Virus record (IMG/VR): IMGVR_UViG_3300025759_000076
Coordinates: 10,609-74,608 of that record
From: a virus
DNA: 64,000 bases
Reading direction: 5' to 3' (one strand)
The number at the start of each line of letters is the position of its first letter. Within the stretch, counting starts at the first letter, position 1. Positions 9,866-20,721 of this stretch are shown here, piece by piece. The position numbers were made by a program, and so were the translations under genes. The notes under the pieces are model-generated. The model saw only the letters and a program-made list of their open reading frames with translations, was not told where the DNA came from and did no database searches.

Positions 9866-10299
9866 TACCCTGCTCCAGAACTAAATCGCATAAAATCTAT
9901 ACTATTTTTAATTTGATATGTTCTATTACTTATCTGTTTTAAAATTTCTTCTATATATTTGAGCATAACTTCGTAGTAGTCAATCTTCAACGAAACTCCT
10001 GAGAGTTTCTCATCTGCGTCAAGATATTTTTGAAGAGTGTCTTTATCTCGGATCTTTTTGGGAAAAGGAGTTTCGATATAAACATCGGGATCTGCCTTAC
10101 CTGAATAAAATTCATATCTTTCGTGACGAATATTCTTCTTCTGTTGTTCTGCTTTTTTCCTTAGTAACATAAGGTTATTATATATGTCATAATATTTTGC
10201 GTGTAAAACGGGAATGTTTATGGATTCTGTATGTAAGTTATCAATATCAATTTTAGAATCCTTTTCCCACATCTCTTGGATTCCAGTCAAGTCAATCAT
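9865..10299 (-). CDS. uvsY: Recombination mediator UvsY
   Basis: IPVLHAKY, YSGKA, RTYQIKNSIDF motifs; synteny gp3-uvsY-uvsW. Confidence 0.9.
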   Translation of the reverse strand: MIDLTGIQEMWEKDSKIDIDNLHTESINIPVLHAKYYDIYNNLMLLRKKAEQQKKNIRHERYEFYSGKADPDVYIETPFPKKIRDKDTLQKYLDADEKLSGVSLKIDYYEVMLKYIEEILKQISNRTYQIKNSIDFMRFSSGAG

Positions 10300-10848
10300 T
10301 TAACAACAATCAAATGGTTCTATAGTATAGTTAAGATACTTGAAAGTGACATCAGCTGTCAAGTATTCCACATCAGTCAATGTTGAGTCAAATCTGATGT
10401 CAGAAAGACTAGTCGGAAACATGTCTAAGAATTTGACTACAAACAGTGGTGTATTTATTGCACTGAGTATCGTCAGAGTTCCATCAGAAGTTAAGTTAAT
10501 CTCACTTCGTTCTTCTTTAGGTACATCCCAAGAGTTTTGAAACTTATAAATCTCATCTAGACTATCTGGAAACCCAAGACCCCTCATCCAGTTTTGGATT
10601 TGCATATAGTTCTCAAGATTTTGATCGATCAAAAATCTTATTCTTAAATCATTAAAATCTAAGATATCACCAACTCTAGGTATCATCTTGAGATAACTAG
10701 GTTGATCTGGAGAACCGAGTGTAAATCCAGGAACATTAATTGCGTTACCGAAAAAACCAACCTTATCAGCTCTTGCTACTGAAAATCTAAATCCAGTAGC
10801 CTGTAGAAAGTTTCTATCGGTAACTTGTCCTGCGAATGAGTTTGTCAT
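10300..10848 (-). CDS. gp3: Tail completion / tube terminator protein
   Basis: RNFL..GFRF, NLENY, FPTSLS, ADVTFKY motifs; synteny. Confidence 0.85.
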   Translation of the reverse strand: MTNSFAGQVTDRNFLQATGFRFSVARADKVGFFGNAINVPGFTLGSPDQPSYLKMIPRVGDILDFNDLRIRFLIDQNLENYMQIQNWMRGLGFPDSLDEIYKFQNSWDVPKEERSEINLTSDGTLTILSAINTPLFVVKFLDMFPTSLSDIRFDSTLTDVEYLTADVTFKYLNYTIEPFDCC

Positions 10849-10891
10849 TTATTATTTGATTTTAACAACATAACATCTTATATACTATTTA

Positions 10892-11458
10892 TCAACAACC
10901 CTTTATTGTTGATGCTATTTCACTACCGACAGATGAACCTACATCTTGACCCAACATAAGTAACCAACCAGATGCTAAGAATCCAATATAAGGAATATTT
11001 GTAACTAATGGTACTATACTAGTGGCGACACTAGCTCCCACCAGAGCACCGCTTGACTCTCCTCCACCTTCCGCCTTGATACACTCTTCCGATCTTACAG
11101 GCTTTCCCTCGCCATCTACTCCTGTATGAGTCTCAGATTGAGTACCAGGAACATATTGTCTACTTCTTGTAGTCGTTGATCTACCACCAATACCAAATAC
11201 TCCGTTAGATTTATCGACATATGTGTCAGAACCTAGAACTGTAGGATCATGTCTCTTATAATCTACACTATAACTTCCATCTGGATTTACTTTTACAGTA
11301 TAAGATGAATAATCACCTACAGGAGGATAGTCAATCCTTGGAGTTTCTGTCTTAACTACTTTAGGTCCTTCTTTATTGAGTAGATGGCCAACAATACCCA
11401 GATGCCCTACTACAATAATAACACCAACTCCTCCTGCAAACCATTTTAGAATTTTCAT
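10892..11458 (-). CDS. Hypothetical membrane protein with N-terminal hydrophobic helix and C-terminal glycine-zipper-like segment
   Basis: Hydrophobic N-terminus; GALVGASVA...GQDVGSSVG; own TAAATA at 11481-11486. Confidence 0.7.
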   Translation of the reverse strand: MKILKWFAGGVGVIIVVGHLGIVGHLLNKEGPKVVKTETPRIDYPPVGDYSSYTVKVNPDGSYSVDYKRHDPTVLGSDTYVDKSNGVFGIGGRSTTTRSRQYVPGTQSETHTGVDGEGKPVRSEECIKAEGGGESSGALVGASVATSIVPLVTNIPYIGFLASGWLLMLGQDVGSSVGSEIASTIKGC

Positions 11459-11498
11459 GGTGTAATTTTAGTGATAATCCTATTTAGAAAAAACCCAT

Positions 11499-11525
11499 AA
11501 AAAAAGACCCCTGTAAAGGGGTCTT
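11499..11525 (-). terminator. Rho-independent terminator after gp23
   Basis: Minus strand AAGACCCC-TTTACA-GGGGTCTT followed by a T run. Confidence 0.9.
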
Positions 11526-11547
11526 GATAAACTGATGAAGCCGAAGC

Positions 11548-12972
11548 TTACATTAAGTTTCTGACTGCAACGCGTCTGTAGTAACGGTTGGAGTTGAGGC
11601 GGAGACGGCCAAGACCGACTGTAGTGCCTTCTGCAAATGGGTTTGCAACCATACCATAACGCGTCTTAAAGCCGATTTTGGGCTGGAAGGTGTTCTCTCC
11701 AACTGCACGAACCATCTGAAGAGGAACGTATGGGCAGTAGAATAGACCTGCGTCATAAGGTGAAGAACCCTTATAACCAACGACATAGTACTGGTTACCA
11801 CCAGATGCATTAGCAGAGGTGAGGTTAGCAGAATAGGGGTCGATGTAGACACGGAACTTGCCGTTAATTGTACCAGCAAAGGTGTTACCGGTGTCATCAA
11901 CGTTCAAGTTAGCGTTGAGTGCTGGGGTGTAATCAAGGATACCAGCCATGGTCAGTGCGGAAGCAACGTCTGCGGAACACAGAACCATGTTGCCCTTTCC
12001 TCTACGAGTTCTTTGAGCAATCGCGTTAGCGTCTCTCTCGATTTGGAACAGAAGACCTTTGAACTTCTCAACAGACCAACGACCGTTAGAGTCAACGTCA
12101 AGGTCGAAAATACCAGCAGTAGCTGTATTGGTGACAGCACCTTGCTCAGCAATTTTGTAGATGGTACGGATAACTTCTCTGTTGATTTCCGCAAGGATTT
12201 CAGTAGAGAGGATGTTAGCCAGTTCGGCTTCTGCATTCAGACCATGAATAGCCTTAAGGTCTTGTGCCAGTTCCAAGGAGTACTCAGCCTTGAGTGCTCT
12301 AGACTTGGCAGTTACAGTGACTTTCTCAATCGAGAAGGCCATCTGGTTGAACTGATCACCGGTACCAGTGCCGAGATTCTCAGCATCACCAGTCTGCATT
12401 CCCTGACCAACATTATATGGTGAGGGGTTCGTGGTTGCAGTACCAACGGGGTTCAGTACAGAAGGGTTAGCACCATTTTGTGCAGTGGTACCAAAACCGA
12501 CAGGACCATCGGAGAAACCACCTTCTAGGTTGAAACCGTCATCCTGACCAGAGAATGCTGTATTTGCCTCGTCGAACAGAGCTTCTGTACCACTCTGATT
12601 CTCGTAACGAGAACGCATTGCGAAGATAAGTCCGGTAGGACCGTTCATTGGTTGAACACCAGCCAAGTCATATGCGACCAGGTTAGGCATTGAACGTCTG
12701 ATCAAGGAGATCAGTACGGGGTCGAAACCAGCAACAGGACCAGCTGCGGCTGCACTACCACTGAAACCAGCAGGGTTACTACCTGCAGAGTTAGTGGGGG
12801 ATTCCATCAGGTTGATACCCTGACTGAATGCTGCTTCCTCACGGAGGAATTTTTCTTGGTTCTCGAGCAGGACTGCGGTTACGCTTCTACGGTGTGAATC
12901 CTTGATTGGATCAAGGCCTTCATAGTCGAGAAGTGGACTCCACTTTTCCTGCAGATGTTCAGATTGAAACAT
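11548..12972 (-). CDS. gp23: Major capsid protein
   Basis: GVQPMNGPTGLIFAMR, KSRALKAEYS, YCPYVPLQM, FQPKIGFKTRYG. Confidence 0.98.
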   Translation of the reverse strand: MFQSEHLQEKWSPLLDYEGLDPIKDSHRRSVTAVLLENQEKFLREEAAFSQGINLMESPTNSAGSNPAGFSGSAAAAGPVAGFDPVLISLIRRSMPNLVAYDLAGVQPMNGPTGLIFAMRSRYENQSGTEALFDEANTAFSGQDDGFNLEGGFSDGPVGFGTTAQNGANPSVLNPVGTATTNPSPYNVGQGMQTGDAENLGTGTGDQFNQMAFSIEKVTVTAKSRALKAEYSLELAQDLKAIHGLNAEAELANILSTEILAEINREVIRTIYKIAEQGAVTNTATAGIFDLDVDSNGRWSVEKFKGLLFQIERDANAIAQRTRRGKGNMVLCSADVASALTMAGILDYTPALNANLNVDDTGNTFAGTINGKFRVYIDPYSANLTSANASGGNQYYVVGYKGSSPYDAGLFYCPYVPLQMVRAVGENTFQPKIGFKTRYGMVANPFAEGTTVGLGRLRLNSNRYYRRVAVRNLM

Positions 12973-13016
12973 TTGCTTTTACCTAATAGTTAGTTTTGTT
13001 TGAATGAATGTTAAAT

Positions 13017-14069
13017 TCAGCTTTTGAATGCACCCAATGTTCTGAGATATGCTTCCATGCTGGAACCAACAGGAGCAGGAGTTGAATCAACTCCTTCAGA
13101 AAGGGTTTGGGGAGCTTCAGATTTTGTAGTTGGAGTTCTAGAGAAGTATGACTCCTTCAGAGTTTCCAGCTTTTCACGATATTCTTCTTCACTTTCAAAC
13201 TCAATACTTTCAGCTAGTGAAGCGAGCTTCTCTTTCTGTGTAGCGGCAAGGCCTTCAGAAACGTTATCAAGAATATTATCAGAAACTGATTCGGCAAGAC
13301 GCTTGTTCAGGCCGATATTCTTATCGATTTGCTCGTTGAGTTTTGTCTCCATATCATCAAGTTTGTCTACCATGCTCTCAAGAACATCATATTTCTCTTC
13401 AGGGATAGTTACATAATGTTCTTCAAATAGACCCTTCATTCCAGAGAGGAAGGATTCTGTCATTTCGGTCTTGAGACCATGTTCGATTGCCAACTCATTC
13501 TCTTTCATCCACTCTTCGCAGACGTACTCAAGATAAGAGTCAACTCTTTCAGTAAGAGATTCTTTAAGGGTTTCTCTTTCTTCGTCCAGTTTGACTTCAA
13601 ACTGAACTTCCAGGGTTTCCTGGATTTCTTTGATTTTTGAGGTTAATGCGGCTTCAAAGATGACCTTAGCCTTTTCTTTGAATTCTTCGGAGAGCTCTTC
13701 GCCACCGAGAAGTGCGTTTACATCTTCTTCAATGTCAATGCCTTCGTCTTCAGAAACAATCTCTTCTTCTTCAAGAACTTCTTCTTCTACAGATTCGATT
13801 TCTTCTTTAGCCATTTTCTTCATTGCATCAGCTTTAGCAGCTTTTGAATTGACTACATCACTAACTGTTTTGATCGTAGGCTCTTTGAGCTTTGCAGGAC
13901 CGTCAGGGTCATTGGTATAGTTCTCAGGGGTAGGACCACCAAGATCTTCGTATGAACCAGACAACCCTTCGCCAGGATTTGAAAGCTTCGGCATACCCTC
14001 AGCAGGTTTTGCGTTCGCATTCACAGCAGTCTTAGATTGCTCCATTTCTTGTAAATCTCCACGAGACAT
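13017..14069 (-). CDS. gp22: Prohead core scaffold protein
   Basis: Acidic coiled coil, LSEEFKEKAKVIFEAA; lies between gp21 and gp23. Confidence 0.93.
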   Translation of the reverse strand: MSRGDLQEMEQSKTAVNANAKPAEGMPKLSNPGEGLSGSYEDLGGPTPENYTNDPDGPAKLKEPTIKTVSDVVNSKAAKADAMKKMAKEEIESVEEEVLEEEEIVSEDEGIDIEEDVNALLGGEELSEEFKEKAKVIFEAALTSKIKEIQETLEVQFEVKLDEERETLKESLTERVDSYLEYVCEEWMKENELAIEHGLKTEMTESFLSGMKGLFEEHYVTIPEEKYDVLESMVDKLDDMETKLNEQIDKNIGLNKRLAESVSDNILDNVSEGLAATQKEKLASLAESIEFESEEEYREKLETLKESYFSRTPTTKSEAPQTLSEGVDSTPAPVGSSMEAYLRTLGAFKS

Positions 14070-14107
14070 TTGAACTTACTCCGATTAACCTATGTATAAT
14101 CTATATT

Positions 14108-14115
14108 TATTTATA
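14108..14115 (-). promoter_or_regulatory. T4-type late promoter TATAAATA
   Basis: Exact consensus upstream of gp22. Also exact at 25754-25761, 26137-26144 and 31719-31726; TAAATA cores precede many other late genes. Confidence 0.8.
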
Positions 14116-14129
14116 ATTTGTTATTCTTA

Positions 14130-14780
14130 TCACAGATTGTTTAAAAAATCGTTAAACAGATTAAGTTTCTGTTCGTCCAATTGTTTTTGTGTGACAAGAG
14201 TATTAATATGCTTGTAAGTTTTGGCGGCTTGTTGTTCTCTAAGGATGCCACCATCCCAGATCCATTCCTTACCTTCCATGATACCTTCAACGAAAGCATC
14301 AGGTGCAGAAGGGTCTGCTACAATATCAGCAGCAGTGGCCAACATAAAGTCGGAACCAACAACGTTGATACCATCTCTAGTTTTAGTCAGTGATCCGATG
14401 CCTCTAGAAGAAACCCCCAGTTTGACACCTTCACCAATAAGTGATTGTGCAATCTGACCCATTGGGGTTGAGAGGATCTTGGCCTTACCAATGAAGTTTG
14501 TTCCACTTTCTTTGAGTGAAACAATTTTGTGACTGACACGATCCAAGTTAACTGTTGGACCATCTGGGTGTCCAAGTTCCCCAAGGGCCCTTCCACACTC
14601 AATATGGTTTTCTGTGTATCGTTGGACTTCCTTTCTCAAGCCCTCCATCTGATACATTCTTCCATTACGATTACAGATGTCACCTTGAAGGAAGATACCT
14701 TCAATGAACATACTCTTTTTACCGTTCTTTTCTTCGACGATAAAATCAACTGTTTCGATTTCTTCTCTGATAAGTTGCAT
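14130..14780 (-). CDS. gp21: Prohead protease
   Basis: NRNGRMY, ALGELGHP, GVSSRGIGS, DIVADPSAPDAFV. Confidence 0.97.
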   Translation of the reverse strand: MQLIREEIETVDFIVEEKNGKKSMFIEGIFLQGDICNRNGRMYQMEGLRKEVQRYTENHIECGRALGELGHPDGPTVNLDRVSHKIVSLKESGTNFIGKAKILSTPMGQIAQSLIGEGVKLGVSSRGIGSLTKTRDGINVVGSDFMLATAADIVADPSAPDAFVEGIMEGKEWIWDGGILREQQAAKTYKHINTLVTQKQLDEQKLNLFNDFLNNL

Positions 14781-14786
14781 GGATCT

Positions 14787-15335
14787 TCAGGATGTTTGTA
14801 CTTGTTGGATTTGAGCTGTGCCAGTTCCAGATGTAGTAACCGCAGCTACCTTAATTGACCTTCTCAATGTTGCGTAGTTAGAAGTAAAGTCTCCAATAAC
14901 AGATGATGAGTTATAATCAATAACACATCTTGTACCAAAAAATCCACCAACACCGGCAGTATTATTCACTGATAGAACGTTTTGATGTGTAAAATCAAAT
15001 GCAGCTTGACCAGTAACAGTCAACGATACAGCTTCTCCTACACCAAAAGGACATCCAGTCCCTTCAGGGAAATCTAGAGTTGTAGTAGTTCCTTTGGTAT
15101 ATGCAACAACTCTTTGAGAAGCTACAGGTCCAAGTGAAATCTCTGAAGTATCCGTTGTAGATACAAAGAAGTCTGAAGTAGTTGCAGTTGGATTATTACC
15201 ATATGCAACGTGAATTCCTGTTCCTATTGCTACGACTCTGAGAGTATCAGATTGCTGTGCAATTGCTGCTGTTTGAGCTGAAGAATTACTAGTTGCTAAA
15301 GTAGTATTGATTCCTACTGGTCGTAATGCGCCCAT
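14787..15335 (-). CDS. Hypothetical virion structural protein
   Basis: Thr/Gly/Val-rich 182-aa ORF in the head module, late promoter upstream. Confidence 0.7.
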   Translation of the reverse strand: MGALRPVGINTTLATSNSSAQTAAIAQQSDTLRVVAIGTGIHVAYGNNPTATTSDFFVSTTDTSEISLGPVASQRVVAYTKGTTTTLDFPEGTGCPFGVGEAVSLTVTGQAAFDFTHQNVLSVNNTAGVGGFFGTRCVIDYNSSSVIGDFTSNYATLRRSIKVAAVTTSGTGTAQIQQVQTS

Positions 15336-15374
15336 TATTTTAAATTACAATAGTTACTTATAAAGTATTTAGTA

Positions 15375-15578
15375 TTACTCTTCTTCAGAAGGGTATACTT
15401 CTGTCTCAGATTCAATTTCTTCATCAGAAACTGACTCATCAAAAATTGATGCAGCAACGTTTGGTCTAACAATTTCAATCTGTTCCGCACTCTTTGCAAA
15501 CAAAATGTCTTTGATTTTATCACTGATTTGTGATGCAGACTCGTCATCTTTGACGAGCATGTCCATAAGGTCATCCAT
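15375..15578 (-). CDS. Small acidic prohead-core protein (gp67-like position)
   Basis: Very acidic 67-aa ORF immediately after gp20. Confidence 0.65.
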   Translation of the reverse strand: MDDLMDMLVKDDESASQISDKIKDILFAKSAEQIEIVRPNVAASIFDESVSDEEIESETEVYPSEEE

Positions 15579-15606
15579 GTGAATTAATAATTACGTTAAA
15601 AGTTAT

Positions 15607-17283
15607 TTAGATTACACCACCGGCTGGGTTTTTTGGAGCCGCTGGATCTTTGGGTACTTCTGGTGATTGAATTGCATCACCACCACCCATATCAGGTGGA
15701 ATTGCACCACCCATTCCTGGTGCACCACCCATTTCAGGATCCATTGCAATTGCATTAGGATCGGGAATGATACCATTCTCAATCTCTTTTTCAATCAACG
15801 TATCCTGCTCAATAATCTCATCATCAGTCTGACGGAAGATATTTCTTCTTACATACTCAGAAGAGTAATACTTACCAATATATGGTTCCATCAGTGTTGC
15901 CAGGTTGATTCTCTCTGTCATCAACTCTGCATTTTTAAGTTCTGCAAAGTGATTGTCATACAGGAAGTCATATTGAATATGGTCTGCCATGTACTCCCAA
16001 TCTTCAGGAGTCACAATGTTCTTCAATATAAGTTGAGTTCTCAACATGTCGTTAAACATATCAGAGAATCTCTTCCTCATTCTTCCAACAAACTTGGAGA
16101 ACTTAACTTCGTCCCTCAAGATTTCTGAAGAACGACCCAGTGACATACCAGAACCTTCACCTTCAATTCTGGTCTCAGGAACATTCAATGCTCTATAAAG
16201 CTTTCTCTGGAAGTAGTTGATGTCAGTAATTTCACCAAGGTTCTGACCACCAGGAAGTGTAGTAATTTCAGTACCACGACCACCTTCTCTACGAGGCAGC
16301 CAGAAGTCTTCCATCATAGACATGAACTTCTTATCATCACGAAGTTCACCAGTGTTTGCATCATAGACTAACTTGTTTCTATAACGCATCATGACATCAC
16401 GCAGATACTGTTCTGCTTTCTGCTTGGGAAGATTGCCAACGTCAATGTAGAAGATTCTGCGTTCGGGTGCTCTTGATAGACGATAGATAACCAGTGAGTC
16501 CTCAATCATCATCAACTGATTGAGTGGTTTGATTGCCTTATGCATCCAGGACAATGTAAGTCCTTTGTTTCTATCTACCAGACCAGAGGTGCAATAGGTA
16601 ACAGAATCACGAGTCATCTTGACTCCCTTCTGTGGATTACCACCGTACCCATTACCAGTACGAGCATCTGGAGTATAGATGAAGAACTCTTCTATCTCTG
16701 GAAAATCGTATGCAGTTTCGTTAGAATTTGTAAATGCGGTTTGTGCGGTCTGAACACTATCAGGACCTTTCTTCTTCAACTTACGAACATAACGCATTTT
16801 GGCTGAGTCAATATACCTCAGTTCTTGAATACCCTCTTGTGGTTTCTTTTGGTCAATGACTTTATTGTAGTAAAGTCTTCCGTCAATATACCAATTCCTA
16901 AAGATTTCGTGTGCCTTCTTATCAAAGTCAAGAAGTTCGAGAATATATCTAAACTCTTCTCTTACCTTTTTCTTGATATTATCACTTGCACTTAGATTGG
17001 ACAGTTCGATTGATACTGGAGTATCATTTGTATCTGAAACAATTGCTTCATTTACAATGTCTTCAATTGCACTATCACATTCTGGATAGAGTGCCATCTG
17101 ACGATATCGTCTGATTAGATCAGTCTCATTTTTATATACCCCTTCAATATCTACGTAGCTACCAAAAAAACCACTACTGACATAGTTCTCCGATCCATCC
17201 TGATTATTGGGTGGAATCGGAGATACTACGCCAGGCGGTGTTTTTTCGGTATCTTCAATTGAGTAACCAAATAGTCTCGCCAT
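15607..17283 (-). CDS. gp20: Portal vertex protein
   Basis: YRLSRAPERRIFYIDVGNLP, EDFWLPRREGGRGTEITTLPGG. Confidence 0.98.
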   Translation of the reverse strand: MARLFGYSIEDTEKTPPGVVSPIPPNNQDGSENYVSSGFFGSYVDIEGVYKNETDLIRRYRQMALYPECDSAIEDIVNEAIVSDTNDTPVSIELSNLSASDNIKKKVREEFRYILELLDFDKKAHEIFRNWYIDGRLYYNKVIDQKKPQEGIQELRYIDSAKMRYVRKLKKKGPDSVQTAQTAFTNSNETAYDFPEIEEFFIYTPDARTGNGYGGNPQKGVKMTRDSVTYCTSGLVDRNKGLTLSWMHKAIKPLNQLMMIEDSLVIYRLSRAPERRIFYIDVGNLPKQKAEQYLRDVMMRYRNKLVYDANTGELRDDKKFMSMMEDFWLPRREGGRGTEITTLPGGQNLGEITDINYFQRKLYRALNVPETRIEGEGSGMSLGRSSEILRDEVKFSKFVGRMRKRFSDMFNDMLRTQLILKNIVTPEDWEYMADHIQYDFLYDNHFAELKNAELMTERINLATLMEPYIGKYYSSEYVRRNIFRQTDDEIIEQDTLIEKEIENGIIPDPNAIAMDPEMGGAPGMGGAIPPDMGGGDAIQSPEVPKDPAAPKNPAGGVI

Positions 17284-17322
17284 TGCAATATATTTACTAG
17301 AAGTGTATCTCCTAGTTATTTA

Positions 17323-17955
17323 TCATTCAATCAAAACTTCACCAGCACCACTACCAGAAGACTCCAGTGAGTTACCGATTGTATAATATTGAACATCGAA
17401 TGATACCGTAAATTCTTCTAACTGATCCCCACTACCATATGCAAGGTCAATTTGACTGATATTCGTTGGGAAAATATCGAAGAACTTATACGTCCTCAGA
17501 ACCGCGGACTGACCACCTTCATTGGTGGTTACAAATCTTTCAGCACCTCTACCGAGTTGTTGAACATATGCGTCGGTCATGTATGATGATGGGTTGGTAA
17601 CACCAGTTGCATCATCAAGTTTACTGATAACGTTTGCCCATCTTTCGAACGCTGTTCTAAGTTGGAAATCCTCATCATTGATGATTGTAACTTCCCATGC
17701 ATCGAACGTTCTGTCTCCAGCAACCTTCAATTGTCTACCTCTAAAAGGTACATTAAATGAAGGTGTATTTGAAGCAGGAAGGGCTGCAGCCTTACAAAGG
17801 AACTTAAATGTTCCATTCTCCGACTGGTCGCCACTACCCCATGCATCAGAAATTGCCGATGGGAATGATGGAATTGAAACTTCAAATAGATTGGGGCGGG
17901 CGCCACCGCCCGCTAATCTGGATTTGAATTGTGAAAGTGATTTGGTCTCTGCCAT
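17323..17955 (-). CDS. gp19: Tail tube protein
   Basis: GGGARPNLFEV, VPFRGRQLKVAGDRTF. Confidence 0.95.
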   Translation of the reverse strand: MAETKSLSQFKSRLAGGGARPNLFEVSIPSFPSAISDAWGSGDQSENGTFKFLCKAAALPASNTPSFNVPFRGRQLKVAGDRTFDAWEVTIINDEDFQLRTAFERWANVISKLDDATGVTNPSSYMTDAYVQQLGRGAERFVTTNEGGQSAVLRTYKFFDIFPTNISQIDLAYGSGDQLEEFTVSFDVQYYTIGNSLESSGSGAGEVLIE

Positions 17956-17987
17956 TAGTTGATCCTCCTAGTAGTTATTTAATATAA

Positions 17988-20408
17988 TCAAACAGTACCA
18001 ATTACTTCTTCGAAGTCAACACCAGTTCTAGTAGCAACGAACGTCAAGGTGACGAAGTTGATAGACTTGGTTGGCTTCAGGAAGATATCAGCTCTAAACT
18101 CATTGTTGTCAATGACATCTGGAGTGTTATTGGATTCGTCACAAATAACTCTGAAATCGTAAACACCTCTCTTAGCTTGAACATCTCTCAAATAGGGTTC
18201 GACAATGTTAACAAAGTTTGCTCTAGTGTTAGAGTCATTGAGTTCGAACAACTGGTCATTCGCAGCTCCCTCAAGAGCTTGTTCTACAGTCAAGAACAAT
18301 CTTCTTACATTAATTCTATCGAAGGCCGAAGAATAAGCAAGAGCAGTCTTGTCACCGTAAAGTGCAATACCAGAACCTCTTTGGTTAATGATTGAGTTAA
18401 CTCTAGCACCATAGAGTTCGTCTCTTTGATTCTTGGATGGGTTGTATGCCATCTTAACTGCATTGTTCAGAACACCTCTCTGGAGACCAGCAGGTGAGAA
18501 CCAAGGATACGCATTAAGTGCAGTTCTTACCATCAAACCAGCAATATCACCATTAGTTGGGATATAACGGAATGCGTTATTGAATCTATCGTAAGTGTAC
18601 TTATAACCTGTATCAAACACCGCATAAGACGATGATTGAAGAGGTGAATAGAAACCTAATACGTTTGCTGTTTGTGTAGTAGAATTGGTTACATTTACAA
18701 CGTTAGCTCTATGTGGAGAGATAGTCGCAATACAATCCTTTCTCTGTTCTGCAATAGAAATCAGAAGATTTGCTTTTGCTTGCGATTCATTTTCTACCGC
18801 AAGTCCAGGACCCATGATTAGATAATCAACAGCAATCTCATCTTTGTTAGCAAATAGATTGTAACCTTGTAACAGACCAGCAAGGTCAGCAGTCATACCC
18901 TTATTGGCACTATAGTCAACACCACCAGTCAGTGTATAACTTACATTTCCCAGTGAGGAGAAACTAATACCTTGTGCTTCTTGACCCCAAAGGCCTTCGG
19001 CATTTGTATAAGGTGTGAAGGAAGTCGAGAAACCAGATGCTGTTGGAATCGTATTCCAATAAGTATCTTGTGCATTCGATGGGTTAAACCCAGCAAAAGC
19101 AAACTTCGAATTGTTTGCAATGAAGTCCTTGTAGTAAGTCCTAGTAGGATTGTCTCCATCAGCAGTAGCATCAGAAGCCTTAGACAACGATACAAACCTT
19201 TCAACAATATTACCCTGAACTCCGGTAACATCTCCACTGTCGTCTACAACCACTACGTGAATTGCATCGTTTGCACCAGATCTTTCAGTTGCAAATCTGT
19301 TGGATACTGGTCTTGGTGCTACATTTCTCCAGTAAACTATAGAATTTGTAAGACCAAGAGTTTGTTGATCGTACCAGTCAGATACTGTAGAAGTACTAGA
19401 AGTGGTTGGGGTTCCACCAGTTCCTGGAGTGATAGTGAGTATATCACCATCAGAGAATGAATTTGCTGGATTATAATTCTGATAAGTAATCGGAGTTTCA
19501 GTTCCTGCAATCGATGTCAGTGTTTGATAGGTAACAGCTGTACCAACCAATGCAGATTGAGCAATACCTACGGACAATGTGACTGTAGAAGAACCAAAAC
19601 TTACAACATCAATACCACTATTATTCTGTGTAACACAAATCGTTCCTGTAGTAATACCAGATGTACTATCGACAGAAAGTATTGTTGTACCTGCTGTTCC
19701 AATACTACTTATTGTAGTAAAACCAATGTTTGTGGTAGATTCTGTAGTCGGGTTAACCCTTGCAAGTACCTTAACTTCAATCGAACTATTTCCGTTTACT
19801 GCATCCGTGGTAACTCCAGTGATAATACCCTTCAGGTTGCCATTGAACTGAATTAGTGAACCATTACCTGGGATAGTAGTTCCAACCTTTGGTGTAGAAA
19901 CACCATAACCAACAACAAATCCTGATGCACCTGGATTAGTAGTAGCGACACTAATAATCTGATCTGATAGATTGTCAATCACACAAACTTTCAGACTGTT
20001 CGACCATGTACCGGGATTTCTTGCTGCCCAGTAGAAACTGGAGTCTGTCTGATGATTCTGTTCGTAATCATCTAGATTATCAATTCTAACAGCTTCCGAA
20101 GCTTGTTGAGTTCCGGCATTACCATTATTAAGGGTGTCTCCACCGACTCTAACAACTTTTAAAATACCACCGTAGGAGAGGAATGAATTTCCAGACATCC
20201 AGTACTCGTACTGTCTATCAGTTCCAATTGGCTTACCAAAAGTATCAAGGAATTGTTGCTGTGTCTCAATCGTAATTGGTTCATTTACTGGTCCCAATGA
20301 AAAGGGTCCTGCAATTGCACCAATGTTGTCAAGAACGTTCTCAGCTCTTCCAACAGTTAAGTCAACTTCCCTGACTAAAACTCCTGGAGATAGTTGAGGA
20401 GTAGCCAT
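17988..20408 (-). CDS. gp18: Tail sheath protein
   Basis: SPGVLVREVD, PWFSPAG, DRINVRRLF, KPTKSINFV. Confidence 0.97.
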   Translation of the reverse strand: MATPQLSPGVLVREVDLTVGRAENVLDNIGAIAGPFSLGPVNEPITIETQQQFLDTFGKPIGTDRQYEYWMSGNSFLSYGGILKVVRVGGDTLNNGNAGTQQASEAVRIDNLDDYEQNHQTDSSFYWAARNPGTWSNSLKVCVIDNLSDQIISVATTNPGASGFVVGYGVSTPKVGTTIPGNGSLIQFNGNLKGIITGVTTDAVNGNSSIEVKVLARVNPTTESTTNIGFTTISSIGTAGTTILSVDSTSGITTGTICVTQNNSGIDVVSFGSSTVTLSVGIAQSALVGTAVTYQTLTSIAGTETPITYQNYNPANSFSDGDILTITPGTGGTPTTSSTSTVSDWYDQQTLGLTNSIVYWRNVAPRPVSNRFATERSGANDAIHVVVVDDSGDVTGVQGNIVERFVSLSKASDATADGDNPTRTYYKDFIANNSKFAFAGFNPSNAQDTYWNTIPTASGFSTSFTPYTNAEGLWGQEAQGISFSSLGNVSYTLTGGVDYSANKGMTADLAGLLQGYNLFANKDEIAVDYLIMGPGLAVENESQAKANLLISIAEQRKDCIATISPHRANVVNVTNSTTQTANVLGFYSPLQSSSYAVFDTGYKYTYDRFNNAFRYIPTNGDIAGLMVRTALNAYPWFSPAGLQRGVLNNAVKMAYNPSKNQRDELYGARVNSIINQRGSGIALYGDKTALAYSSAFDRINVRRLFLTVEQALEGAANDQLFELNDSNTRANFVNIVEPYLRDVQAKRGVYDFRVICDESNNTPDVIDNNEFRADIFLKPTKSINFVTLTFVATRTGVDFEEVIGTV

Positions 20409-20490
20409 GTTTTCTCTCTCCTTTTTTACTCATTTAACTAAAAATATTTATGAATATCCCGGTTTTGATAGGGTAAACAGGAAGTAAACC

Positions 20491-20721
20491 CTACCAATCA
20501 GGGTATTCCCACCTTGATTTCGGAGTTCTATCTTTCTTCTTCTCCTTTACATACTCAATAAAACACTCTTTACAGACATATGAATAGGAAGAAGGAACTG
20601 CTCCTCTATCCTTTCTTGTCCTATAAAAATCGTCTACAAGATTTTTGAACTCACCACAACTTTTACATCTCCTGTCATTTAAAAGTAAATGACCCAGTTC
20701 TAGTTGCTCATCAAAGTCCAT
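20491..20721 (-). CDS. Small putative zinc-binding protein (CxxC...CxxC)
   Basis: Start reassigned to MDFDEQ (TAATG overlap with the gp17C stop); CKSC and CKEC motifs. Confidence 0.75.
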   Translation of the reverse strand: MDFDEQLELGHLLLNDRRCKSCGEFKNLVDDFYRTRKDRGAVPSSYSYVCKECFIEYVKEKKKDRTPKSRWEYPDW

